Source of the DNA: Phoronis australis
Lineage: Eukaryota > Animalia > Phoronida
DNA: 64,000 nucleotides
Assembly (NCBI GenBank): GCA_002633005.1
Contig: NMRA01000108.1
Location: 291,006-355,005 of the forward strand
Direction: 5' to 3'
Shown here piece after piece: positions 25,202 through 39,200 of this stretch. The first letter of the stretch is position 1. Every line of letters starts with the position of its first letter. Under the pieces are notes generated by a model. The model did no database searches. It worked only from the letters and a program-made list of their open reading frames with translations, and was not told the origin of the DNA. The position numbers and the translations under genes were made by a program.

Positions 25202-26261
25202 GTTTTCTCTGCTGTCCGTCACTGAAGGCACATAAACTTTGAGGAACCATGCGAAAATGGAAAGAGCCAAATGATTCGGGGATCGGCGTGAATAAGTTGT
25301 CCTAGACAGATTTGTAATGACCAAAATAGTCAAGAGATAAAATCAATGTGACGATAATTGCAATTTCCTGAAATCTTGATTCCTGAACAGACAAGACACG
25401 GAATATAACAGCCGACAGATAGGTCCTAACTACGACACAGCCCGGAGAAGTCACGTGGGGATCGAGTCACGCGCGAAATTGATGGCAACCGGGGATGAAG
25501 TAAGTGGCAACGGGAGAGTTTTGTTTGCAATAAACAGAGAGACCGTCCGCAAAATCAAAATAAGTGTCAGCAGAGGGAGACCTTTTGTACAGGAGGTCCA
25601 CACGTCCCATTGTGGCCCCTTACCGCTCAACGCCAGTGGATACGTAATTTTAATGTCACTTGAAAATGCGTCTAGTAGGCAATTTTGGTTGACGCCAAGA
25701 TGAAACGTTGGGAACAAGAAATTGGATAAAAGATAAAAGTTTTCCGTAGAAGAGTGATTGTAGCGTGATGGGATCTTAGTTTAGGGTTATGTATTTAGCA
25801 TAGATTTAACGAAATGGAACAAGTTTGGGCCACGCACCATAGGGGGCTGGGGGAGGGAGGTCTATAGCCTCCCACTTTTTTCAGTGCTGCGCCGTCCACG
25901 AGTTAAAGGTAAGCACAAAGTGGAAATTGTGTGTTGCCACTAGCTTGAAACGCTGTTCCATCATCTATCGTTTTACAGTCTTCTAAGTCAAAGTGTGAGA
26001 TACCTGGAATGGCGAGTAAATAAGCGGGGCTGCGATACGAAGGTGCAAGATTCGGCATGACTATGACTTCTGAATGGCTGAGTAAGCAGCCGATTTCTTT
26101 CCTATCGGTTCACCTTTTTCATAAAACTATTCCAAATTTGAAATGCGGAAGGCATAAAAATTGTTCGTGTTTCTGTCAGTTTGTTCCAAATTTGTAATGA
26201 GAAAACATAAAATTGTTACTTTGCCCAAATCACACTTACTGACCTTCACGATTTATACCTA

Positions 26262-26450
26262 AAGCTTGGAATGACCAATGACTAAAAAGAAAGAATTTTC
26301 CAGGTGATGTATACTTCCACAAATAATTAGGGTTGTGCGATACTAATATATTTTGTGTTGTAAAACTTAACTGAAATAAACGTTTTCACATGATTAAAGG
26401 CAAGATAATGATGAAAAAGAGACTGGAAATCAGATAAGAGGAAATCTCCT
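26262..26450. mobile_element. Degenerate copy of the CAGGGCTTGGAAT MITE family
   Basis: GCTTGGAATGACCAATGAC...TTTCCAGGTG...TTCCAC...TGTAAAA.TTAACTGAAATAAA is colinear with 59164-59414. Confidence 0.7.
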
Positions 26451-26517
26451 GTAACTTCAGAATACCATTGCCAAGAAAGTGTCAATAGATGGCGTTCGTA
26501 AACGAATTTACCGTATT

Positions 26518-27285
26518 GGTGTACCCGTACTGAGCAACAAAACTTTGCTTTAAGTTGTCAATGTGTCCACTGAAAAATTGTACTCTTTAGGCATCATGTT
26601 GTACTATTATGAACAAAACTTCATACCAAACGCCAACGAATGGGCAACAGAACATCAGTGTGCGACTCGTGTCTAATTCAGTGCTAGAATTCCTATTCGC
26701 CAGGGTCCAAGTATATAATCTTTGAGCTCGAAATTATTTTTGGCATTGCACGTTATTCTTTAATACGAATACATCACAAAAGTCTACACTTAAATCTCGA
26801 GTACTTAATGGTTTCCGCAGATGAGGTTCTAGTTGAAGTTCGCACGTTCATTAACCTTACAGTCAAGCTGAAGTTCACAATTTAACTAAAAATTCAAAAT
26901 TNGGTGTACCCGTACTGAGCAACAAAACTTTGCTTTAAGTTGTCAATGTGTCCACTGAAAAATTGTACTCTTTAGGCATCATGTTGTACTATTATGAACA
27001 AAACTTCATACCAAACGCCAACGAATGGGCAACAGAACATCAGTGTGCGACTCGTGTCTAATTCAGTGCTAGAATTCCTATTCGCCAGGGTCCAAGTATA
27101 TAATCTTTGAGCTCGAAATTATTTTTGGCATTGCACGTTATTCTTTAATACGAATACATCACAAAAGTCTACACTTAAATCTCGAGTACTTAATGGTTTC
27201 CGCAGATGAGGTTCTAGTTGAAGTTCGCACGTTCATTAACCTTACAGTCAAGCTGAAGTTACAATTTAACTAAAAATTCAAAATT
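26518..27285. repeat. Near-exact 384-bp tandem duplication across N 26902 (likely assembly overlap)
   Basis: 26518-26901 repeats at 26903-27285; one 1-bp indel was seen. Confidence 0.9.
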
Positions 27286-28179
27286 GCGAGTTCAGACTCC
27301 AGCATATACTTTAATGCTGGGGTCATCGAGTGCAAACTTGGTTTAGATTGTGAACCACGTAGACCTTAACATCCCGAGTACAGAATTATAGACACAAACT
27401 GTCTTAAGTTTGTATTAAAGTAGATTGCAAAATGTTAAAAATTAACTTCCAGTTCGAAATATTAGACCCCGGGCAGCATCTGGTGTCATGTACCGCTACA
27501 GTGTAATTGTTATCCTAAATGCAAGCATACTGTCAAAATGCCATGTTCCTCTTTCGTCATCCTGTGAAAAGGTTTATCCAAAACGTCTTTTTATTTTGGT
27601 ATTATTTTTACTTGATTATAAATTTGAATATTCAAAGTTTCAAGACTCAGAGTTTGCTCGTCTTCATCACTGTGCAAGAGACTGGGTATAGGCAATATTC
27701 AATAAAACGCGACTTAATCTAGCAAGGATCCAAGCAGCCACTCAGCAGCAAGTTCGCTTGGCAAGGTCCTTTAATGAGCTGAGCCTGACCTCAAACAACA
27801 AACTGACAAGAAATGACTTCTCATCTGAGTAAAACAAGTCAAGACCAATGTCATGGCACCAAGTGGTCTAAATCAAAACTTACATTCGTTTACAGAACGG
27901 CGTTTTATAGATGACAATAAACGGACACTAAGCACTTTTGATTTCACCAAAAACATGTCATTTGCTGTTTTGCCAAAATTATCCACACAGAGATAAAAAG
28001 ATTGACGAAATAAATGGGTCCTACTGGGGTCTTTCTTTACAACCATGATCACCCAAAGCCTAATTAAGTCATGCTTGTCAATCACACTGATTTTGTAAGA
28101 TGTTTTCAAATGTACTACCAGTACTGTGGTTGGGAGGTTGAAAACGATAACAGGGCCTTATTTCATTTCACAAATTTTA

Positions 28180-30233
28180 AAACATGACTGTATAACTAGT
28201 TTATACCTGTTACTTAGGGCTGAATGGCAGTCTAGTGTACCTTTAGTAGACAGATACTGGGAGAAATGAGGATGTTTTAGACAATTAAACAGGCTGAACA
28301 GTTGCTCATTATGAAATAGAGACAACTTTAGCACTGACTCAGTGCTTTGGGTAGACAATGGCAAAAGCCACAACACCAATAGTCAGTTGTTCTGTTAACA
28401 ATTTATTTACACATTGTATACACAACTGAAAATAGCTAACAACAATTTATAATTACAAGACCATTAGTATGATAAAATATTTACAGGTCTTCCAGCAAAA
28501 ACAAATATATATTACTTTGTAAAATCCGTGTAAAACGCAGCACGCAACTTATGTCGGCTCCCTTGATCTTTTTCTTTTAGCAGCCAATTTCTGAAAGAAC
28601 AAAAATGGACTCGAGTTGGATGAACCCCATTCAAGGTATCAAGAAATGTGCCTGAGACTGTGGGTTGGGGCATTCTTCAATATAATTATGGGTTTGGGGA
28701 GTATTGACACATAATTTTAAAATACAGACCCAATGCAGGCAACAGTAAACTGGGAACAGTAATTCTCCATTTGGTTTGCACATATTATAAAATTACATTT
28801 TCCTGGGTCTGCCATATAACTAAATATTCATACTTCGTAGTAGACGGGTGTCTACAATTAACTGAGTAACCAAGCATCGCCGACTTTTCCCCGTTTGAGT
28901 TTTAAAAAATGCAGCCTGTGGGTGGCCAACATGATCCAATTCACAATAATTAAGTATGTTTCCTGTTCCGACTGAGTACTTGACCCATCATTGATGAAAC
29001 GCTCTTTTGAGCACGTGACTCTTGGTGACACAGAACACATCCGGGTCACAACTTTCATCTCATGTTTACAACAGCTTAAGATATCCCATAGGAATGGATG
29101 AATTAAGCGATAAATATATAGTCCAGTCATTCTAGGGCTCCAGGGGGCCCAACCTAGAAAAAATTGCAACAGAAGGTTTTTTTGCATAAATGGCATCTTC
29201 AAACATCCCTTAGTGTCAGAAAAAAAATCTACCGAAATCGGAGTGGCGGAAGTCGGTTTTTCAAGATGGCGGAAAAAATGGCCGACAAAACCGGTNAAAC
29301 ATGACTGTATAACTAGTTTATACCTGTTACTTAGGGCTGAATGGCAGTCTAGTGTACCTTTAGTAGACAGATACTGGGAGAAATGAGGATGTTTTAGACA
29401 ATTAAACAGGCTGAACAGTTGCTCATTATGAAATAGAGACAACTTTAGCACTGACTCAGTGCTTTGGGTAGACAATGGCAAAAGCCACAACACCAATAGT
29501 CAGTTGTTCTGTTAACAATTTATTTACACATTGTATACACAACTGAAAATAGCTAACAACAATTTATAATTACAAGACCATTAGTATGATAAAATATTTA
29601 CAGGTCTTCCAGCAAAAACAAATATATATTACTTTGTAAAATCCGTGTAAAACGCAGCACACAACTTATGTCGGCTCCCTTGATCTTTTTCTTTTAGCAG
29701 CCAATTTCTGAAAGAACAAAAATGGACTCGAGTTGCATGAACCCCATTCAAGGTATCAAGAAATGTGCCCGAGACTGTGGGGTGAGGCATTCTTCAATAT
29801 AATTATGGGTTTGGGGAGTATTGACACATATTTAAAATACAGACCCAATGCAGGCAACAGTAAACTGGGAACAGTAATTCTCCATTTGGTTTGCACATAT
29901 TATAAAATTACATTGTCCAGGGTCTGCCAAATAACTAAATATTCATACTTCGTAGTAGACGGGTGTCTACAATTAACTGAGTAACCAAGCATCGCCGACT
30001 TTTCCCCGTTTGAGTTTTAAAAAATGTAGCCTGTGGGTGGCCAACATGATCCAATTCACAATAATTAAGTATGTTTCCTGTTCCGACTGAGTACTTGACC
30101 CATCATTGATGAAACACTCTTTTGAGCACGTGACTCTTGGTGACACAGAACACATCCGGGTCACCACTTTCATCTCATGTTTACAACAGCTTAAGATATC
30201 CCATAGGAATGGATGAATTAAGCGATAAATATA
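28180..30233. repeat. About 940-bp duplication across N 29296 (likely two haplotypes), duplicating the last CEP295 exon
   Basis: 28180-29118 matches 29297-30233 with scattered SNPs and indels. Confidence 0.9.
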
Positions 30234-33200
30234 CATCGTTCAGACCTTATTAACACAGTTAAACAGGTATGTATTGCCATGCATTGATAGTGTAAAACTG
30301 ACTGCGAGCAAATTAGATGAGGCAAGAAATTAAGGAAGTAGCCTTGTGCAAAATAAATGAGGGACAAGATATTTTTTTACAAATAATTTTGGGTGTGCAA
30401 AATGAGGTGAGTGTGCCAAATGAGAATTTCCACACCTGCAATTAAACCATATGATGAAAAACCCTATTTGAACACTTTTGTTGATACCATAAAGGCAATT
30501 TCAGAAACCTTAAATGATAGGATTCAATTAAATAAAGAAAACCCCAGGGGGCATATTTAGACGCCCATCTTTAGTCCCTAGTCTCCCACCCTCTGCATTA
30601 GAGAACAGGCTCATTCAATTTTAGTCGATTTCCCGTCCCTAACCCACCTCCTTACCAATACCGCTTTTTGGACCATTAACTCCACAGTGCTCAATTGTTG
30701 CACGTTCACTCCATTGTCACCATTCAGTTTATGTACATTATTGTCAACTGCACCCAGCTGTTATGCATTTCTCAACTTAAAAGCTGTCAGATTTCATCTA
30801 TGCATAATTTGTTTGTATGATTTGCATAATTAGTTTTCTATTTCAAATATTGGCATTAACACAGATAAAATGTTTTCTAGCACATTCTGGGCTTAACTCC
30901 TGACCAATTATTGTGTACATTGTTATATTATTCACAATAGACATAATAAAAATTGATGACATTCACCCATTGTGCTCTCGACTCCTCTCATTGATAACAC
31001 ATGTGAGATTGTACAGCATACCTATACAAATGACACAAATAAAGGTTCAAATTATGTTAACATTCCACAGATTTTACACTGAACACCTACCATCTCAAAC
31101 TCTTTACGACGCTGTCTGTTGAGCATCAGAGCCTCTTTCCGTTCTTTATCTTGTTGTTTCTTCTTAACTTCCTCAAGTTGGTTATAGAGCCTATAAGTAG
31201 GTTACAGAGGGTGAGTGTTCAGTGCCTTAGGCCTGGCGCACATGAAGAGTTATATGCTCGCCCAACAGCCTCACATAACAGTAAACTATACACATGGCTC
31301 ACCTTAAGGGGTAAATATAAGACAAAAACTGTGAGAAATAGCTCAACTGGGCCATTTAATTGGGGACTTGGATCAATATTTGCGAGTAACCCGCATCAAG
31401 TAAATATTAATTTAGCTTCCTGATATCTGAGGCAGTTGGGTGAGAATGCAGTCTTCGTCTAAGCAAATGGTACTGAACACTACACAACACTACCTTCTGC
31501 AGACTCAAGCTTTCTCAGTGTCCTCTTATATACAAAGAGAAACGCTCAAATTGTATACTTAGTCTCTCTTGTCTGTGGTATCCAATAGCAGTATCTTCCT
31601 TACCCTTTAGGACTTAACAAAAATTTTGACCAATTGCATGACACGCTTTGGGTGAACTTTCAAACTTCTGATGTGAACAATTCTAAAGTAAAGCCTTGAG
31701 TTATGATTAGCAGTCTCAGAACCAGGAACACTGAACATGAAAATTTTTAAGAAAATTAAACAAAATAAAAGAGCACAATAGGAATAAAAATGGCTAGGCA
31801 CCCGCCCTCTGTCACAAAAAAACCTGATTTAGAGCTCACTTTCTGTTAGCAGACGTGATTTAGAGCTCACTTTCCACTAGCAGTGATTTAAGGGATTGGA
31901 AAGAACAGACACTCTCATCATGAGAACTGATGAACTGTGAGTTGTTTGCAAGACCAAAAATTACTTCTCGTCTGATTATTAAGGAACAAATGGAAATCCG
32001 TTTTGCAGTGGTACGTGGTCTAAATCGGAAGTTAGCTTTTGTGACAGAGCATGAGTTTATAACCACTTAAAGTTGTGTTTTGACTGCTGTGTAATACAGC
32101 CACACAAAATATGCATCATATTTTCTGAGCCTTGGGGTGAGTAGCAAAAAGTTCACCTGTTACTTCTGCTGTAATTCACTTTTGCCTTTTGTTTTCTCTC
32201 TGCTGACGACACCACCTCGGGGGATTCGGAACGCTGTTCAGAGACCACTTCTTCAAAAAGAGAAGATGAAAACAATTCATTAAAGTAGAACAATGGGAAT
32301 AAGGTAGCCATGATGGTCAACAGCTCAGAGAGACAAATTCTTTGATGGCTAACAAATCATGCAACCTACATGATTTTAAAGTTGTTTTCTCACGTGAAAC
32401 ACCTTCAGGGCTATCGCAAATAACAACTTACTCCCTAAATAGTGACAATGCGTTTATTTACTGCCAAAACGCTACTCTAATAGGCATATCATAAGAACAT
32501 AGACTAAGTTTGGAAGAGTCCTTTTCCACAGAATTTGGAAAATTTTCCGCCCACAAGTATACTCCCTGACATTTCCAAACTACAACAGTGGCCATTTGAT
32601 GGTTGGAAAGAGTGCATCAAAAAGATGGAAAATCCCACTGTATTAGAAAGACTACAGAACACTGCTCCCCCCCAACCAGTCCATCACTGTCTAACAAAAA
32701 GACATAATTCATCGAGGACCCTCACACACATTCTTTAGTTCACAGAGTCATGCTCGAATTGGCTGGTCTGGGAATGATGTCATAAAGAGCTTCTATTTAT
32801 AGATCATTGCACGCGGCTAGACAGCCGTAGCTCTGAGTTAAGATAGGTTACTTTTCAGGTGCAAATCGTACAAAGTTGTCTCTTAAAAATAACCATCAGT
32901 ACTTGCCATAAATGAAAACTACATAAGCTCACATCCGGGCATCAATTTTCCAATCAATAAAATAATCTGTTCAGCAGCAAGCTGACTGAAACTTTAATTC
33001 ACTTTTCCGATAATCTTTTGAAATCTGTTTTTGATGACGGGCAACGCAAAAGATAAATCAAAGTGAACGACAACTAGCAATGTTACCAAATGGATCAAAC
33101 CACAAGCTGCAAGCTCAAGATGCTAAAAAATGCAACTTACTGTGGCCAGGATTTGAGCGCAGCTTCATCCAGCTAGTGATTGTACTCGTCAGTTGAACAG

Positions 33201-36200
33201 CATTTGTCTTGGCCTTTACTTGTTCGTGAACTTTCTTCTTGTGCTCTGGGTCATTCAGCTTTCTCCGACGCTTCTCAGCCTGTTTAAAAAACTTTGGGTT
33301 CTTTTTAAGCAGAGCTTCTTGTAAGCTGGGCTGTCGTTCGCTTTTATCAGGAAATTCAACTGCGTTGAACAAAACAAACAAGCATGACTCAAATTCTCCT
33401 CAGGTGACAACTGTAATTGCAATCTAAACAATGTTTTCTTGATATCTCTTTAGCATCTTTCCACCTAAATTAAACAACAAGAGCAACAGTGAGCATTGAA
33501 ATGTGCCCACGAATGCATTGCAAATGGTGTGCTTCTAAGGGTGTTTATTTGTATCATAAGAATGTCCAGTGGGCGGCGCAACATCCGAAAACTGGTATAT
33601 GCCATCAAAGCTTAGTTATTAAATTTCATAAAAATATATCAACTTAAGGTACTTCAGAAAAACCGAAGAAAACAGAAAAAACGAAATTATTAATGGGAGG
33701 CTATGGGTGCAAAAACATAATAGTCACTAGGATGCGGAAAATCATCGTCAATCATCCTCTTCAAACTAAAAATATTCATGCCAATTTTCACATTCATTCT
33801 TGGAGTAGTTTGTTGATAGAGGGGCGGATGCCAAAAACAGACTAAAAATGTTTAAAATAAATGGCCACTAGCTTGTGCAAAATATGTCGAATCCATCCGA
33901 AAACAGGAACATGTCACCGTTTCAATAGAAAGCTATTTACCAAATTTCATAAAATCCACCAAGCAGCTTCAGAGAACCAGAGGAAAATGGAAAATTGCCA
34001 CTAGGGGACACAGTGTTTGTCAGATCTGTTTGAAAGTCGTTGTTGTGCGTTGTCAACTTCATATAAATACTTTTGCTAAATTTAATAAAGAAGGTAAGGT
34101 TTAAGAGATACAGCCATGGAAATTAAAAAAATGCCACTAGGAGGCACCGCAGTAGTCAAGGTCCTCGGAAAATCTTCAGCTGTCTTCTTCACAGTAGGAA
34201 CATATATGCCAATTTCCACAATCATCTTTAGAGTGGTTTGGCTGACAGACTTAAAAACAGTAAAAATGGCAACTAGTTGGTGCAAAATACCTTGAATCAA
34301 TCCCAAAACCGGAGGATAAAGACACCTCACTAATAGATGCCTATCTGCCAAATTTTATGAAAATCCTGAGAAGACCTTTGAATATGCAGAGGAAAACGTA
34401 AAAAAATAAAAATGCCACTAGGGGGCACACCGGTAGTCCGATCCATCCAAAAGTCATTACCGTCCGTTGTCAACTTCATATAAATATACATGCAAAATTT
34501 ATTAATAATGAAGATCCTATACTGCATTTAGGAGATACAACCATGGGCACAAAAACAAACAAAACTGCCAATAGGAAGCGGCACAGTAATCAAAGTCGTC
34601 GGAAAATCATCGCCAGACATCCTCTTCACAGTAAGAACACATGCCAATTTTCACAATCATCCCTAGAGCAGGCTGATACAGGGACGGACACCAAAAAAAA
34701 AGTAAAAATGGCCACTAGGTGGCACAAAGTAGCTTTAAACCATCCAAAAATGGTGGGATAATATCTCAAATGCATATCTACCAAATTTTATAAAAACCCG
34801 TTGAGGACCTCCGAAGATACACAGGTAAACATAAAAAACTAAAATTGCCACTAGGGGGCACACCAGTAGTCAGAGAGGTCAGTCGTCAGCTTAATAGAAA
34901 CACATTTGCCAAATCTCATGAATGATCCTGAGAGGGGTTTAAGAGATATAGCTGTGGACACCGGATGCCCAGACAGAGATGACGGCAATATGTACCCACA
35001 TGTAAATATGTGGGCGCGTAAAAATGAACAGAAATGAGCACTGAACAACATAACCTAGCAAAAAAAGAAAAAAATTTGAAAAGCTTTCAACCTGATTATC
35101 CATCAAAGACAAAGCCAGAACGCATGCCACGAGATTATGCCGTCAAATACAGGTGAGATGCTTGTTGTCCCCACACTACATTTGCCCATAACATACTTAC
35201 CTAAACTGAAATCCTGATGTTCAGCATGGAATGGCACAGAATCTTGGGTACAGGCACTCCGTTCATGTTGCTCAAAAGAAGCCAGGGAATCATTTTGCAT
35301 GCTGACAAATGACCTCTCATCGCAGTATTCGGGTGACGCAGGTAAATTACAATGGGTTATCTTTTCATCTCTTATAGAGGACGAATCTAAGAGAGAGTTC
35401 CCATCTCTCGGCAGTTTGCTCACAACTGTGTCACCTGAAGACTGCAGGCAATGGTTATTTCCATCAGCAGTGAAGCCTTCTTTGTTGCAACTAATAGTCG
35501 ACCCATATTTCACAACCTGTTCATCTTGCTGTATACTTTCTGCTGCAGAAGCGTGTGCCAATGTTTTTTCATCCAACTGGCTGTCACAACGCTGCGATTG
35601 CATATGTACTGACGTGGTGCCCTTAAACTCAGTGCCTGCCTTAGGCGAAAATCTCAATGCCGGCTTACTATCAAATCCAGGCTTTTTAATGTCTGTTTGA
35701 TGAGGAGTTGCTCGATCAACCTGATGTGGCTGCTGTTGCTGCTTACCAAAATAGAAAACAACTCCCAAATCAGAATCATCACAATTCTGCCTTGGGTCTA
35801 CACCATGAGTCGAGTCTCTCTTTTCAGAATTTCCAGCCACGGAATTACGTGTAAGCAATGGTTCACTCTTATTTTCCACACAGGTGTCCTCACAGGGCAT
35901 CAAAAGCTTTTGTGAAGGCAATGAAGGACTTTGTGGCATATCACCAAGTGGAACTTTGATACTATGCTGAGGCACTGGTCTCCCATATGTTGTGACTTTA
36001 TTTTTGGTAGTAGCAGAGGTTACTGCAGTGTCTTGATGCAGAGATGGTTCAACATCACGAGAACGCAATGACCTTATCTTACGAGGCACTACACCCGAAG
36101 CTTCGGATTGGGTTGGTATTTGTGACTGGAAATTTGAATTTGTCTCTTTAGATCCTGAACTATGACTGTTCAGAGAAGATTGATATGTTTCATTACGAGC

Positions 36201-39200
36201 TGAAGACAGTTTTGTACATTGGATGTCATTTTCTTCTTGTTTACCTAGCTGCATGCCAGCATTCTTTTCCAAAGGAAACAAATTCGGAGACTTTATGTGT
36301 ACTTTAATGGTTCGATGTCTTTTTGAAATATTGCTGCCACTCTGCGTACCCCGGTTCAAAAATGAATGCCTTTCACCTGTGTTCACCTCAGCATTGGCTA
36401 AATTGCTGGTTTTTACACTGGTTTCTATTCTCAGCTGTGAGTCTGAGTAAGACTGGTCCCACCCATGGAAAGACTTGTTGCCCTGAGATTCAGCAGTCCA
36501 CACTTGCTTTGGTGGAACAACTAGAGCTTTAGAAGATTTAGACAAGGTGGGCCTCATAAAATCTCGGTATAAAGAAGCAGAGTCGGTGCTACTAACCATT
36601 TCCACAAAACTTGATGAATTGTGCCTTGCATTTTGACTGTCGTTTACATTTTGGTGGCTAAGCGAGGGCGATGAATAATGCTTAGTCAAAATCTGAACTA
36701 AACTATCAGAGTTTGGCCGGGCACTTCTGTTGTCATTTAAACTATGAAATGATAGGTGCTGTTTGTCATCCGAAGGTATTATGGCCATGTTTTCCAAGTG
36801 AATTGGTTGCCTGATAGAGTATTCCTCATCACTCACCCGGTGCTTTTTCATGCCGTGGTAAAAAGAGTCCAAAAGGCCTTCAGGGTTATGTGAAACAGCC
36901 ACACTATTTCTCTGCTTTGTGGTCGCACCAACCTCCTTGTCATTCATGTCCGTGGCAGATGGAGTATGAGAATCGATTTCGTCATAAAAATGAACAACAA
37001 CTTGCTTTGTAGTGTCCCTGTCTGGCAAGAAAAGCTTTTCCACTTGCTTTTCGACAACTGGTACTTTGGACAACCTGACATCCCCTAGCTCACTTTCTCT
37101 TGGTTTCAGCTCTTCAGGGTCTAGTGAGGAGGCTAAAGACTGTAAAGTCAGGTCTGGTTCATCGGTAATTCCTTTCTCTGCTTCTGGCTGAAAAGTAAAT
37201 CGCGAGAAATACTTTGAGAAATCAGAGTTAAAAGGATTACTTAACCCAGTTTTGTCCAATAAACAGATAATGAAAAACACTTTCCCGTCCAATTCTCTGA
37301 AACAAAATAATGCTCCGTAACCCTCGACAACTCTCAAAAGTATGTAGCGTAATTTGAAAACTCCTTTCGAAGTCTGCTAAACAGGCAAGCATAACCTTAA
37401 TTCTTAGCGAATTTCACAGCAACTGTGGGGAAAGACCACCCAAGCAAGAATTATTAATATCCAATTAGTGACCCAGGGATTTTGAATTTTAGTTAATTCC
37501 TGTTTTTATCTTAGTCTCAAGATTGTCGCCAATGATGCATAAGCAGGTCACACGACAAGGACAGATTGAAAACACCAAAACAGGGTTAAGTATCCTTCTA
37601 AAATTCCATGTCAATTGACAGTGCACATTTAGGTTCACTCTCTTGTGAATCAACGCAGTAAGAAATACAATCTAAATTGAAATTGCCTCTTGCGGTTGTA
37701 CTAGACTTAACGTCAATTCTGTGAGCAACAGATACCAAATATTCGTGAAATGAAAACGCAATAGTTTTAAAAGAAAGGACATTCCTGTTGAGAAAAAATG
37801 ATTCTAAAAAATTAGCAGTAGTGCAAATCGACTCATAAATTCTGCTGCACCACCTGAAAGCTTTGCCTCTCAGCCAAATCACATGCATTAAATAGTATAT
37901 TTAGTGTATTTAAAGGGTGCACACCAGGCTCGATTTCAGAGAATCTCTTGGCAAACAACAGCGCAACTTAGGAATTTACAACATAATCGCAAAAACACAA
38001 ATTGAGTTTGTTGTTTCGTAGCTCTAGTCAAAGCAGAAAACTTCAAGAAGTCGATCCCACTGAAAAAGAATGCCATAAAACCGATAATGTCCCTTTAAAT
38101 CATTTGATATGGTAAAAATTATTGGAGTATTTATCTACCTGAAATACTTTTAAGAAAGGCACATAACTCTGCACAGTAGTTGACATTTGAGAATCACAGT
38201 GCAAGTAAAGTATACTATCTTAAGCTTATGTAATAAGTAAGCAAAATAAATGATTCAAAACATTTCTTCATTAATGGAGGACACTTCCAGGGTTTGGGTA
38301 TTGTCCACACATGCAGTAAACAAAACTATACCACAGGAAACTGGAGCATAAGCTTATCAAGATTACAAAATACAAAGACCATGTCCACACAACTGCTTTT
38401 TCATTGTTCACTGATATACCTTCTGTCCATATGTATCTTCAGAAAATGACGAAAAAATCATTTTTCAAAACAATTTCGATAGTATTTTTTAAAAACCATA
38501 TATACTATACAAAATGTGCACACTCAGGAGAAAAACCTTTTAAAATATTGCTTTCACTGCATTCAAGTTTACAATGAAAATGCTGACATTAGCACATTTG
38601 TGAGCATAAAGCTTATTGAAAATGCAAACATTTTCACTTGTATTATTTTGATTGCTAAACAATAAAAAGAATATATGTGGAAGAGCCCTTTGAAAAACGA
38701 AAAATTTTGAAAAAGCAATTGTGTGCTCAAAAGCAAAATTAGGTAAAATTAAAGAAAACTTGACAAACACCAAGAGAACAAAAAGTCTATTAACTAATTT
38801 GTGAAACAGATCTTCCCATTAAGTTTCCAACCACCAAATAAAATAGACCCTTACCAGCTTTGGGTCACCAAAGAATTTGAATGGGTCAACTCGGTTACTT
38901 TTCATGTATCGAGACCTATCCCTACATGCTCTAGCAATGTTCAAAAGACAGCCATCGGGACTGAAAACTGCAGTTCCCTCATAGTTCTCAACAACAATAG
39001 AATCATCCTGTTCCAGAATCGGACTTGGCATACGCAGTTTACTTGATTCTCCCAGTAGATCAAGTCGTCTGCTAGCAAAAGACTGCTTTGATTGATTTCC
39101 AAGTCTAGCATCTTGTAGTGGTGATGCCTGAATTGATCTTTTCTCTAGCTCAATATCTTCTGTAGGTGTCAGTCGACAAGGCCGGGCTATGCGGTAATTG

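Noticed and set aside
28858-29496. 212-aa ORF and its duplicates at 28158 and 29973
   Set aside because: It spans an N join and duplicated intron/3' UTR sequence, and has no recognisable protein features.
31825-31890. Short 31-bp-period direct repeat TGATTTAGAGCTCACTTTC
   Set aside because: Two copies and a fragment in an intron, consistent with ordinary slippage duplication.
37910-38098. Kolobok-like MITE (TTAA-AGGG...CCCT-TTAA)
   Set aside because: The terminal complementarity is only about 4 bp beyond the TTAA, too short to support a call.
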